From the human T2T-CHM13v2.0 reference genome, Homo sapiens: a stretch of DNA of 64,000 bases. The notes beneath the pieces were generated by a model that was not told where the DNA came from, searched no databases, and saw nothing but the letters and a program-made list of their open reading frames with translations. The position numbers and the translations under genes were made by a program. The stretch lies in assembly GCF_009914755.1 (NCBI RefSeq), contig NC_060932.1. One strand, given 5' to 3'. Shown here one piece after another: positions 13,043 through 26,793 of the stretch (the stretch's first letter is position 1; each line of letters starts with the position of its first letter).

Positions 13043-13702
13043 GAGTCTGAGGTTCAAGGAGTTCAACATGATTCCCTCGAGGACAAGCAGCTGGTTAGTT
13101 AGCAGTAACCCACCCGCGGCTTCTCTGAGCCTCAGAACTCTTTCCACTCTAACACGCGGTCTCTCTGCATAGAACTATAATTTCAGCCTGAACTACAGAT
13201 TCAAGCAACTGCCTCCAGGTTGTAAGAAGAAAAATAAGTGGCAGGCCAGGATTCTGGGAAGGAGGCATTGAGGGAGAGAAGGAATGATGACAAGAGCCAT
13301 GTGGTTTGGGTGGAGATGAAGGTGCCCTCCTAATACAGTGGTCTATGGCCACCCATGGCAAGGGAGGCCCAGCATGGGAAATGTTCCTAGAATCAGCCTT
13401 GGCAGTGTCCTCCTCGCCAAGGCTCTCAGGAATCCACCCTCAATCCACTGACTCTTTTGTCTGGTTTTCTGCCTTCCTCACATGTAAGGTAGAGATTACA
13501 ATGAAAGGTGTAACTCTCTCACAGCAAGTTCATTAAAAGCCTTACAAATATGCACATACCGTTGGACCCCAGAATTTACAGTGGCAAAATAAAAAAGAAA
13601 TGAGTCTTCTACATGAGGGTGAAAACAATCAAAGCAAAACAAAATGAAAGCATTCATATCATTGCTGTGAGAATCAATAGTGCTTGGGCCCTACCTGGAT
13701 CA

Positions 13703-14132
13703 CTTTCATAGGCTGCTGTAACAAAGTGCCACCAAAACTGGGCAGCTTAGAGCAATAGAAATGTATTGTCTCAAGTTCTGGAAGCCACAAGGATGAATTC
13801 AAATTGTCAACAGGAGCATGCTCCCCCTGTAGGTGCTAGGGAAGGATGCGTTCCGGCCTCTCTCTTAGCCCCTGGTGGCCTAAGGCGATTCTTGGCTCAT
13901 AGATATCTGTGTTCTTCGTCCGGTATTTCTTTACGTCGTCTTTCTTCGTGCACGTCAGTCTCTGGATCCAAGGTCCCCATCACCCATATTGGTTAGGGCC
14001 CACACTAATGACCTCAGTTTTACTTGATGACCTCTATAAAGATTCTATCTCTAAATAAGGTCCCATTCTGGGGTACTAGGGGTAAGGACCCCAACATATC
14101 TTTTTGAGGGAGACACAGTTCAACCCATAACA
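13703..14132 (-). mobile_element. MLT1-family LTR
   Basis: ggctgctgtaacaaagtgccaccaaaactgggcagcttagagcaatagaaatgtattg...caacccataaca. Confidence 0.75.
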
Positions 14133-16256
14133 CTGCCTTTCTCTAAAATAACTGAGCCTGTCAAGCAGGCTCTTGAATGGCAATGGCCCAAAGTGGTCTA
14201 TTTTGGACCTTGGATTGGGGTGGTCCTCAGAGGAGCAATCCTAACAGAGTGGAATCACAACCTCAGACTCCCATGGCCAGTGTGGGTTTCTCTGTTGCTG
14301 AGTAGTGTCCTCATGTCCCTAGAGACAGGGTTCCACTGTGGCAACCCAGGGAACCTCCCATGAAACCAAGCCATGTTCATGCAGAGGCCCTCATAACTAC
14401 CTCCCGTGGCTCCGTGGCTCTCTGCACCTCAGAGCCCAGTGACCCTCCTGGCACAGATGAAGACTTAGTAGGTGCTCAGGAAATCATACCGAAGGATAGA
14501 TGGTCAGGAATGAGTCCTTTCTACTTTAGTTTTTAGGCTCTATGGGGCTCAGTTTTGCCACCCGTGAAGTGGGAGTAGGGAGGCCGGAGAGGTCTGAAGC
14601 ACCGATTCTTCACTGGGTTCTAGGCAGCGTGGATCCTGAGCCTCTTTGAGGAGGGGGCAGGTCTGAGCCTCCCAGCCCCTTTCTCCCTATGTCACAGACT
14701 GAGCTTTGAGTAACATTTCCAGGTTATTCAGTTTAGAAAGTATGAAAAACTACTGGACCCAGTCACCTAAAGAAATCGTTTAGTTCTCAGTTCTATCATT
14801 TTTAGAGGAAAGAGACACGCAGATCCACGGAAACATTTTATAGTAGCGGTATTGCTATTCTTATGGAGGCAAAATAATGCCCTGGTCAAAAGCAGAGATG
14901 CTGGCATCTACTAGTTTGGTGAAAAACATATCCTTGAGTCTTATCAGCTCAGTGACCTAAGGCAAGTCATGTAACCTCTTTGGTGACTCAATTTCTTCAT
15001 CTGGCAAATGGGTATAATAATAGGACCCATCTCAAAGGTTGTGACGATCATTAATTTTGCATAAAACAGAGACAGGCAAATAGTGCTAAGAGTATTCTGT
15101 TCTTCTTGGCCATCAGAATGCATTCTTGACAACCCCCTGTGTAGATGTCTCCTCTCTCCATCACCATCACATATGGTGCCATCTATGTAGCAGATAATTG
15201 AATCAATGAATGACTCACAGAAACTAACTCATTTGATTTTTGGCAAGTTTATCTTATTGTCCCAAAAAGACATCTCTCTTTCTCTCTCTCTCTCTCTGCC
15301 CTGGAGCTGTCACATCTCTCATTTTATTTCTGGCTCAAATCTACATACTTAAAATATATGTGTGTTACATTTTCAGCCATCTGTCTCGTACCTCCATTTC
15401 TGTTAGCATATATTAGCTTTCCTGGCAACAACTAGTGAAAAAAAATACAACGAATTATTGCTTTCTTATAGACTATTGTAAACTGATCACAGAATAGTGT
15501 GGTTTTCTTACTGTGCACCTGGATTATAGATGAGATTTTCATTCCTGAAATTGAGGGCAAACTTCTATGGGGAAAGAATAGGCATAACAGATGGAGAGGA
15601 GAGAGGGAAATCAAAATCTCTAGTGTGAGAAGAAGGTTCTAGTTTCAGATTCAGATTCAAAGAATCATAGAATATAGAAGATGAGACCGTCTAGCTCCTT
15701 CATTTTACATGTAAAGAAACAAAAGCCCAGGGATGTGAGCAGATTATTTCCCCGTCCCTGAGCCAGTGAGTAGCAGTCTGGAGCCATGCCCTGTTCCCTG
15801 CCCTCTCTCCAGCTTTCTTTCAATTGCTCCAACGTTATCCTAAACCCTATTGAGTGCCTACAATGGCCAAGTCCACTTACTATCTGTGTGGCCTTGGGCA
15901 AGTCACTTAACCTCTCTTAGCCTCCATGTAGCCTCACCTACATCTGCAGAGAGTAACAGGTCCTGTTCCATAGGGCTGTGGGAGGGTTTGGGGGACACTG
16001 CCTGCATGGTGTTTAGCTCAGAGCCGGCATCTGGGTTGTGTGAATGTCTCTGCGTGTGAGTGTATGCATGTATGTGTATCTGTATGTACAATACCTGGCA
16101 GCTTTGATTTCCAAGGCTACTGATGAGAGAAAAAAACTCACCAGCTTTCTCCTGTTCATCTCTGCCCATTGAAGAAACTTTGAGCCAGTTTCTCCCACGG
16201 TCTGTCTCTGGAGCCCTCTGTTTTAGGAAGTGGGATTTCCAGCGCGGCCTGTAATC

Positions 16257-16474
16257 CAGGGCTTCTCAACTTGGGCACTGTTGACATTTGAGACCGGATA
16301 ACCCTTTGTTGTGGGAGGCTGTGCTGTGCATTGAAGGATGTTTAGAAGCACCCCTGCCTTCTACCCACCTGATGCCAGCAGCCCCAGTCCCCCTAAGCTG
16401 TGCCAACCACAAATGCCTCCAGACATTGTCACGTGTTCCCTGGGGACACAATCCTTGCTGGTTGAGAACCACTG
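16257..16474 (+). mobile_element. MER20 (hAT-Charlie), near full length
   Basis: Terminal inverted repeats cagggcttctcaac...gttgagaaccactg enclosing a MER20 core. Confidence 0.85.
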
Positions 16475-17298
16475 CTGGAATCTATTAGAACTGAAGTTAT
16501 TACTAACAGTACCTGAAAGGAAGTAGCAACCCCTCTCCCAGACACTGCCCCTGAATCAAGGTAGGATGTCCCCTGCCAAGATGCTGTCCCTGGCCCCTTG
16601 GAACCCCCTCAAGCAGATGGAGTGTGCCAGAGAAACAGAGGGGTGGTTTCAGTGCTTCTTTGTGACAAAGCTGATCTGGAAGGCCAACAGGCCTTCAGGT
16701 TCACATGCAGAGGGGCTCTGGCCTGCTGTCTCTCCCGGGTCTGAGGCCCTGGGCATTCTGTCTAATGCCTCCTGTGTTCTCTCTAATGCCTCCTGTCACT
16801 TGCCCAGGTACCTTTCAAGGCACCACCTGCTTATTCTGCTGGGATCCTTCCCTCCCTGCCCGTCTCTGGTATTTCCATCTCTTTGACTCACCGGTGATGT
16901 CCTCCTCTCTAAACAGCCCCTTTCAAAGGACACACTGGCCTTTAAAGGTCCAGGTATCATTCCCAGGAAGAGCCCCATCTGTGTCCTCTGCTGCTCATGA
17001 ACAAAGGACTCAGACCCTGTGGCCAGGTTTGGGGACCGCACCCCCAGCCCTGGTCTGTGCTCTGGGCCCCAGCAAGTGTAGAAGAGAGCACCGGTTTGTT
17101 CTCTGCTGTTTCCTGTCTTTCAAGGGCTCTGCCACTTTCTATGTGCCTCTTTAAGAGTTGGTTTTCTCATCTGTGCAGTGGAGCTAGTAATAGCACTTAT
17201 GCTTACTATGAAGTGTGTCAGGATTAAAGAAGACAAGGCACACAGACAGCCTCGCCTGTGGGCCTAACTGCCTGGCAGAGAGTGAACACTGATTAGGT

Positions 17299-17551
17299 GA
17301 GCATTACTAATGCTGCTTCGTGTATTATGCTGGAAGAATCCAAATTGGAGATCAACAGGTCCTTAGAAGAAAGCAAACACAAGTGAAGTGGTTTCTGGTA
17401 CCAGACATTGCATGAGGAGCTGTAGCCACTTCAGAGAGGACATGGAAGCCTCTCATCTTAAAATGCCTGGGGGCTGGGCCAGCTGTGGAGTTCATGGTTT
17501 CCATGGAAATTCATCATGAGACTGAGTGTGTGCTATGGCACTTGAATTGTG
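17299..17551 (+). repeat. Copy 1 of a 253-bp dispersed direct duplication
   Basis: Ungapped match to 18821-19073, about 16 mismatches by manual count. Confidence 0.95.
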
Positions 17552-18820
17552 TGCTGCATCTGGGTCTTTCTTCTGAAGGCCTTGGCCTCCAGGGTGCTGG
17601 GATGTCATTCCTACATCCCGATGGTGTGGAAGATGTTTCAACAAGACCACATTTAACTTTTCTTTGAATGGAAGAGTGGGGGCTGGGGTATGGCTCTTGG
17701 GATTAAACATCTACTCACGCCCCATAGAGGATGTTAGACTGGTCTTTCATTTTGGCAGAGACAGCCCAATCTAGTGAAACAGCACATCCTTTGAGACTAA
17801 ATCAACTAGAGTTTTAATCCCATATCTACCATTTATTAGCTGTTTGCATTTAAACAAATCCCTTTACCTCAATTTCCTCACCTTTAAAATAGGTATAGCT
17901 ATATCTACTTCGTAGTATGAATATTCAAGATCATGTCCATTAAACATCTGGCTCATTGCAGATGTTCAATGTTAGGTAGCTAGGGTTATTTTCCTTTTAG
18001 GAAAACTGAGGCTCTGAGAGAGAAAAACAAAACATTCAAAATGACTAAAGAGGCAATAATGTTCCTCCTTGATAAGTTGTCCCAACCCTGGAAAACAAAG
18101 CTGTAAATTCTAGACTCAAGGCATTTTGTACACCACTACACTTGCATTCTAGACACTACTGTGCATTCCAGAGGCTTTTAACATTCCAGATTCAAAATAT
18201 TATCTTTTTAGTTGACTGTCTTGGTGAGTTTGTTGGAATTAACAAACCAAAGAAAATACGAAGTGGATAGATTATTGAACTGAATCCATCAGCCTGGCTA
18301 CATCCTGTGGGATTATTTCCCAGTGTAGATGAAAATAAATCATTTTCTGAAACTGATCACTCCAACTCCTTGACATAATAGGGTTTGCACTATATATCTT
18401 CTTCAACATTGATTTGACAGAGATTTACCTAACGCCGTCTATGCTGCAGATCCCCTTCCAGGTCCTAGAAATGAGAAACCTGCAAGGCAGAGAAGAGCTG
18501 CCTTCTTGGGACAAAGACTATAGTTGCAGGTGGGGCTGATGGGTATCTAGGAATAGTGTGTAAAGAATAGACAATACACACATCAATATGCAGCATATGT
18601 TCGGATAACAGTACTAGGAAGGAGGTCCACTAGGGTGCCATGGTCAGTAATAAGAAAAGAACCTTGTGTAAAGGTGACATTTGAGCTGAGAACCAAGAAA
18701 TAAGAAGATGTGTGATCCTCATGTAGAAGTGGGAAATCCCAAAAGAAAGATCATCAAAGGCCAAGGCCCTAAGTGGGAAAGGGCTTGGCATATTTGAGGA
18801 TAAAGAAGGCCAGGGAACTG

Positions 18821-19073
18821 GAGCATTACTAATGCTGCTTCGTGTATTATGCTGGAAGAATCCAATTTGGAGATCAGCAGGTCTTTGGAAGAAAGCAACC
18901 ACAACTGAAATGGTTTCTGGTACCAGACATTGCATGAGGAGCTGTAGCCACTTCAGAGAGGACGTGGAAGCCTCTCATCTTAAGATGCCTGGGGGATGGG
19001 CCAGCTGTGGAGTTCATAGTTTCCATGGAAATTCATCATGAGGCTGAGTGCGCGCTAGGACACTTGAATTGTG
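18821..19073 (+). repeat. Copy 2 of the 253-bp duplication, interrupting an L2 relic (~18400-19230)
   Basis: Offset 1522 bp from copy 1; tggagc occurs at both junctions. Confidence 0.93.
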
Positions 19074-21654
19074 GCACTTGAATTGGAGCCTGTTGAAGAG
19101 GAGGGGAGTGGTTGAAGGTGCAGAGGGAAAAAAATGAGTCTTGTAGTTCACATAGGAGTTTGTAAGCTGTGGCTAGCAGAGAGATAGTATTTTATTTGAG
19201 TGTGATGAGAAGGCATTGCAGATTTTATAGAAAATATATATAATGCACAATGGTCTTTTCATTCATATCCAGGACGGCTCACTGAAACATCAGTTATCTT
19301 TTTAAAAAATAATAAAATGTAGAATATCAACACTGTTATCAAATGCGATGGTCAGTTAGTCAGAAAAGTCAATTAAGAAGAGAACTTGTGAAAAATGAGT
19401 AAGATAGGTGTGATGCCTTAAATATTTTATTTTAACTTTAAACACATAAATCTGCATCACCTGGCCATTCTTTTGGTGCAGGATCAGAGGGTTAAGCTGG
19501 AAAATGCTGTTTGGAGTTCTGCCTTTGAACTTCTTGCAAAACCATAAACATAGTGCATGATCTATTATTTCCAGTCTGGGATCCATGAAAATGGAGTATC
19601 TGCATGGTATTCAATAAATTCAATTAGATGTAAAATCACAATGACAAATACAATGACTTAAACAGTTGGGCCTTGGTAAGCACACAACACAGTTATTGAG
19701 GATGCATGTTTAGGGCCTGCAAAGTTCATTTTTTTCTGGACAGCCGTTATCATACTTTATGGAGGGAATAAAATGTTCAGGTTAATCTAGCAAGATAGTT
19801 GAAAGTTTTGAGTCTACTGTGAAACAATATATCATACAGCTCTGCTGAGCTTTAGGAAGTTAGGGGACTACAGCAAATATCTCCTCTGGGGCCGGGGGTG
19901 GGACTGCACTATTTAGCGTACATCAGGGAGCTTATTTTTAAAGGATTGCATAGCAAATTCTCTTGTAAAACACAAGCCATTTGGAAAGCAAATAATTACT
20001 TCCTGATTAATTCACATGCAGAATCTGAACTTTTGCATATTAGATTTGCCCAAAGAGAGGCACGCTTATAAGCTTCTAGTCATAAGTTATTTAATACTTC
20101 CTCAGCTTCTAAAAAAAAAACCAAAAAAACAAAACAAAACAAAAGCCTGGGAAGCAAAGGGACTTTCATTCCTCCCCGTTCCCTAATTTCCTTTGGAGGA
20201 AGCTATGGAGAAAGATGCTGGCTGGGGATAAAAAAAAGGGAGTATATTTTATGGGGATGAGGTCAACAGACTTCCTGCAGACAGACGGAAGAGCAGGGAC
20301 TGAAATCCCTGCAAGCACAGGCTCTCAAATCAGTCCATTCAGATGGGCCGGAATGCCCATCTGTGCTGTGCCATCTCCAGCACAGTCCTCTTCACACCAT
20401 TATCAGCAGAATGGCTTCCCCATGCAAAACAGTGTCTTATTTCTGTCAAGAAAGATCCTTCCTCACACCCTCACCTCATCATAAGGGGAACCCAGGCTCA
20501 ACCCACCTCCCCAGCTCCATCCACTGCCAGGTGCATCTCTTTGAATGGATGTACCTCCATCATCCTGTTTGCTGATAAGCCCAAACTTTTGTGGATTATG
20601 ACTCCTGATCCTGGAAGCTGAGAACTTGTGCAATGGATCATCTCTGAAATGAGGCTTTTGGCTCGCTGGGGTGCAGGCTTAGCCTCCCTGCAGGTCCTCA
20701 GCAGCACCAGCAGGATTAATGATGAGCAGTGTGGCAGAGAGGTAAGCTTGGAGACATTATGTGAAAAGGTTCTGTCTTTCCTGGACAGTTGCAGCGACCC
20801 TAGGATTTCTCAGTTCTAGTCTTTCTTCCCACACACCTCTAGTAATCCTTCCAAAAGAAATGCAACTTACAACTCATTTGCTAAGAAACCTCCAGAGTTC
20901 CCAGCCCTTTTAAAACATGACCGTCAATTCTTCTGGTCTAGGCCGTCACACCTTTCGAAGAATTAGATTCCAGTAGACCTTAGTAAGCATGCAGTTTAGT
21001 GGTTTTTCAGACTTTGGATTTTTCTGGACTAGAAAAAGTTCCAATTGCACTTCTTAGCAGGACCTGTGAGGCCAGCGCCTTGGGGACTGTTTTCTGCCAG
21101 CTGCACCAGCCCCCACCTGCCCTGGCTCTCCTTGTGCTCAGCCATACCCCTTGTCATTCCTTGCTCCATACAGAGCACAAAGCCCACTCCGTGATGGCCC
21201 AAGTGCTGAGTCGCTACCCACATGCCCTTCCTCGCCTCATCCACTCACTAACCCTACTCATCTGTCCAAGCACAAGTCCACCGCGGCCTCCTCTCTCTCG
21301 GTTTCCATAAACTCCTTTCCATTTTCTTGCCTGGAATAAATGGTATTTCATTTCTCTCTCTTCTTATGGTAGTTGGTAAGTAATTCTATCACTTGATAGA
21401 TACCTACCTATCTATCGTACAACTCACAACATTTTATTTTTGAAAAGCAGTGGTTGATCGCACTTTCTTGTTAGAACGTGAGCTCCTCAGCAGAACGGCC
21501 ACCTTTTGAGCCTCAGCATCCATCCAGAGGACAGTGCACAGCAGGCATTCGGCAACTGTGGGCGGAGCAGGGTCTTAGTCCCAACACCCCTTTTCTAATT
21601 TGCCACCGTCCTCACTGGACGGCATTCAAATCCTGAAACTGAAACAAAAAGCAT

Positions 21655-21655
<1 letters not shown>

Positions 21656-21707
<52 letters not shown>
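21656..21707. repeat. (CA)26 microsatellite in TG intron 45
   Basis: Uninterrupted CA run of 52 nt. Confidence 0.97.
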
Positions 21708-21709
<2 letters not shown>

Positions 21710-22823
21710 CATCCGCAGAGCTCTGTGGCTGGTCAGTTCTTTCTACAGTCTGGTTAAATGTAAGTTTATCAACTTCAGCAACCTTAACTCTTCCTTGAGT
21801 GGCAACTTACAGTTTTTAAAGGAATTTACACCCACTCGATCTATGAGCATCCGATATACCATATGGGAGGCTGAACGGAGATGATCAGACCCATTTTACT
21901 GACAGGAAAACCAAGGCTTAGAGATTCAGCAGTGGAAGTGGGACTTGCACAGAGCTTGCCCATCTTGGGCAGGTAGCTTTCCCAAGCCCAAAGTCTGCCT
22001 TTCCATGTGACAAGGAGAAGATTCAGATCTGGCCCTGGGCGTAGGATGAGCAGCTGTCAGATGAGGGGCAAGTTCCACTGCAATGTGATTACCAAAAACA
22101 GCAGATGACAAGTAAAAGCTAAATGCCTCCAGGCTGACCATATACTGACACAGCTGCCACGGGTCTGGACCTATGATTTATCAGTGATCAGACACAGCGC
22201 AGGGCAATGAAGCCACATGAGCACACGTGAACTGCCTACCCCAAGTCTGCGAGCACCAGGGCCACTCAGTTGAGTCTTTTCTTTTACCTTGTCAGACCCT
22301 GGCATGTTCTTCTGGGTCTTCCTCTGCTGCTGCTGCTGAATCCAAATCCCCTTTTCTTCCTCCAGAGGGTCCTGGAACTCCCAGCCAGTGCCCAGATTCA
22401 CCGAGGACTTGGTCCTCGACTCCCAGATTCCCTCTTCAGAGGCTCCACTCTTTGTGCCTCCTCCAGATGTCCCTTAAACTGCTCAAAATAACTCCTGCAT
22501 CCTGATAGAGATCAGCTCTGCTAAGGAAAAAACAAAGCAGAAATCCTCATACACAACAGGCTCTCAAATTAAACAGATGGGATGGGCTGGAATGCCAGGA
22601 CTTTCCCCCAAAGCAGTGCTCTGTGGCCTTTCTAAGGTCGCAGACAGTGGTGGCCTGGAGCTGCCTCATACAAGTTCACGAGAGCTGGTGGTACACATTG
22701 CTTCCCAGCACCATGCTCAGTGATATCACTTTGAAATTGGCTAAGGTGGGAGTATTTACACTGTAAAAATTGGCAAGTATTACAAATAGGATTTCCTTTC
22801 CCCCAGAGAGTCAATTATTAAAC

Positions 22824-23154
<331 letters not shown>

Positions 23155-23607
23155 TGATGGAGGATATGAAACATCTCTCAAGAGAGATCCACCTATACAC
23201 TTAACAGCATTTTATGTGTAATTTTAGGGAACTTGTGGCTCTCCAAAACCCTGCAATGGGACCTCCCCAACCTCCCACAAGTTAAGGACTCCCACTCTTA
23301 AGCTTTCAGATGTCTCTCTCAGTTAATCAAAAAGGAAATAAGTATATGAGCCAGAAACTGGGTCAGAGAGATTAAAAATATTTTATTGCTAAACCTCGTT
23401 CAGCATCTGAAATAAGCATAATTGTGTCACCATTTTACAGAGGAGGACACTCAGACCCAGAGACATTAGACAGCTTGTCCAAGATTGCACACTAGTCAGT
23501 GACTGAGCTGGGGTTTCAACAGAGCACTCTGGCCTTTAAAGTTTATTTCTGTTCACTAGAATACTTGGAATGCAGCTTCCTCTGGAGGAAACAGTAGACC
23601 AGGCTAT

Positions 23608-24132
23608 TGTAGTAACAGTTATACCCCCGCAAAATGTCCAAGTCCTAAACCCTGAAACCTGTGACTGTGTTACCTTCCATGGCAAAAGAACTTTGCAGGT
23701 GTGACTAAGGTTCAAGACCTTGAGATGGGAGCTTATCCTGGTAAGCTCAATTTAATCACATGAGTGCTCTAAGCAGGGGAGTGTTCCAAAGAAATGCAGC
23801 ATCAGAAGGACTTGGCCACTGAGGATGGAGGAAGGCAGTTCTGATCGGCAGCCTCTAGTGACTGGGAATGGCCCTCAGTTTGTAGCCAGCAGGAAAACGG
23901 GGGCCTGGGTCCTCTACCTCAAGGAACGGAATCCTTTCACAACTTTGAATGGTCAAGAGAAGTATTCTCCCCAGGGCTTTCAGAAGGAACGCAGACCACT
24001 CACCCTTTGATTTCAGTCCACTAAGATCGATCCTGGATTTCTGAACTCCAGACATTGTCAGATAGTAATTTGTGTTGTTTTAAGCCACTGAGTTTGTGGT
24101 AATTTCTTAGGGCAGCAATAGAGAATTAATAC
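23608..24132 (+). mobile_element. MLT1D-like LTR
   Basis: cctgaaacctgtgactgtgttaccttccatggcaaaagaactttgcaggtgtg...ttttaagccactgagtttgtggtaattt...aattaataca. Confidence 0.8.
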
Positions 24133-25135
24133 AGCCAGTTTTCCAGAAGCGCCTCCCGAGAAACAGGCTGTTGAACCTTTCATCCCACTGTGAGGAGAAG
24201 GACTAATCCCCAGTGGGGAGAAAGTCGGCCAGACATCACTGGAGGAAGAAAGAGGAGGGGGGCCCCTATTAACCCTGGGCCTCCTGGCTTCTCTGTCGCC
24301 ACCGCAGAGGGAGTGTGGTGATTGAGAAACAAGACAGCTTCAACAAGACCGGCAGTGGGGTATGACTCACCTTCCAGAAGCCAAAGGCAAAGTCCAGACC
24401 TCTCTTTGGGCAAAGCCCGATTTTTTACTATGCAGTGGTGAAATCCATCCTGGCTTTTCCACTCTACCACTCTCCCTGGTTCCCAGTGCTCACTCCATGG
24501 CCCATGTACCAGGCTCCTCAGCACCAGCTCCAGCCCAGGCCATTCACACCACTGGACTGGCTTCCAAGTCATTATTCCCACCAGGATGCTGCTTCCTAGA
24601 TATTTAATCCAGTCTAGCATGTATTTATTGAATAACTCCTATTTGCCAGGTACTGTGCTGCGGTGGGCTTCATGGATAAATGTCTTCCTTGAAAAGTCAT
24701 AAGAGTGTGAGTTATATATGAACACAGGCTAGTGCGGAGAATGGGCTCAAATACAAGCTACTTTCATTATTGCTTTTTCAGTGACTAGAAGAACACCAAT
24801 ATCCAGTGATACCATAAGTATCGTGGTTAGAATATGACCCAAAAATCATTGTGTTGGGAGGTTTCTCGCAGGCATTATTTCCAGAGACTTCAGTGTTCCG
24901 TGTTGGTCTCACTTTAGCAACAGACATGCCATGGATCTCCCCGCAAGGGGCCACTGCACTAAATTTAGGCCAAGCCAAATCTCCATTCAACTGGGCCCTA
25001 AACAGGATACTTGGATATGATATAAAGAAGGGAAAGTCTTGGTTTTGGAAGAAATATTTTTGTTTGTGTGTTTGTGTTTTTGAGTAGTTTACTTTCTCTT
25101 GACCTTTTGCTGCTGCTTTTCCTCTGTTTTCTCAG

Positions 25136-25270
25136 CCTGGAGCTGCTGGCGGATGTTCAGTTTGCCTTGGGGCTTCCCTTCTACCCAGCCTACGAGGGGC
25201 AGTTTTCTCTGGAGGAGAAGAGCCTGTCGCTGAAAATCATGCAGTACTTTTCCCACTTCATCAGATCAGG
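25136..25270 (+). CDS. TG: TG exon 46 (135 nt, phase 2-2)
   Basis: Acceptor gttttctcag|C and donor AGG|gtaatt. Encodes LELLADVQFALGLPFYPAYEGQFSLEEKSLSLKIMQYFSHFIRS(G), inside ORF 25068..25274. Confidence 0.97.
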
Positions 25271-25509
25271 GTAATTTTGGACCACTTGTTCAGAATTCTG
25301 TCACTGTGCTTTTCCTCCCGCTTCCTTCAAGCAGAACGCAAAGGCCCAATTTGCATCGATAGACTCATCCTTTCCTCCGTAGACACTATAATCACCAGCC
25401 ACTGGCCTCCCTGTCTCAGTCACCCCCTCCTAGCCAAAACTGCTTTTGCATACATTAATCTTCATGAAGAAAAGCTCTAATTATACCAGCTGCATTTGAT
25501 GACTCTAGA

Positions 25510-25710
25510 TCGGGGTTTCTCAACCTTAGTGCCATTGACATCGGGGGCTGGATAAATCTTGGCTGTGTCCTGTGCATTGTAGGATGTTTAACAGCATCCT
25601 TGGCCTCTAGATGTCCACCAGATGCCAGTGGTGCCCACCTCGGCCCAGTTTTGAGAACCAAGCATGTCGAATGTCCCCTGGAGGGAAAACCACTTGGAGG
25701 AGAGCCACTG
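25510..25710 (+). mobile_element. MER20 fragment
   Basis: tttctcaaccttagtgccattgacat...cctgtgcattgtaggatgtttaacagcatcc...agccactg. Confidence 0.75.
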
Positions 25711-26793
25711 TCTCTCCACAGAGGGGAATACCAGTGCCTTGGGTTTTCAGCTTAAGTTGAAATGCTCAGGGCCCTCCTTTATTCACCTTGAGGCTCTTCC
25801 TCTCCTTGCCTGCCTGTACTCCAGTCCAATGAAGTATACTCGCTGTCCCCACCTGCAGAATTGGTTCCTGCTCTTTCCTCTTCATGGTAGTTTACCTGTT
25901 TCCTTTTATCTTTTTGCCTGATGTGAGTTGATTACCTAGAACTGTGCTAGGTTCCCTGGAAAGATAAAAAGGTGCAAAAGTCATGACCCAGCTACCAGCT
26001 ACTAATAGTCTGAAAACACAAAAATGAACCATAATTCAAAGCAGGAGAAAATAAAGCTTTATGCAGTTTGTTATGGGAGTTGAGCAGAAAAACACATTTC
26101 TTGTAATTAGGGTTTTAGAAAATATTTCACTGAGGAAGTCACAGTTAAGCTGGGCCTTGGGGGATAAATAGAATATTTATATAAGCAAAGAAGAAGAAGA
26201 CACTTCCAGGAAAGGAGGTCTGGGCAAATGCAGCAGGGATGAGAGGACACACCTTATCTGGGAAACGTCAGGTGGCTGCAGGGCTGGTGTTTGGGCTACA
26301 TGGCAGGGCATGCCGGAAGACGGGCCTGGGCAGCAAGTTTGGGAAGGAGCCTTTATCCCAACAGGTCTGACATCCCCTTTATGGGGCAGCTGGCCTACAG
26401 ATTCACCCTCCTGCCCGGGCCTTGGACAAGCAAGGACATTCCAAAGGCTAGCTATGGTGTCTAGATCTGAGGACATCAAGAAAGAGAAGAGCACAGTGAT
26501 CTCCTGACCATTCACAAAGACAGAAGGGCAGCGCTAGGTCCTGGGTAATGCTACCAGGTCATGACCTTAACACCTTTCCTCACCCAGAAATGGCCTAGCT
26601 TTGCAGTGCTAGCTTTGCAGTGCAGTCAAGATCACAACCCCAGAAGCCAGATTTAGGGAGTTCACATGCAGCCTTGACACCTACAGATACATGAATTGTC
26701 CCTCAGATACCGAGTGCAAGTGGGAAGTGATTCAGGTGATGAAAGGAAAGACAAATTTCCCTCATGGATATTTCTTTCTTCTCATTTGCCCAG

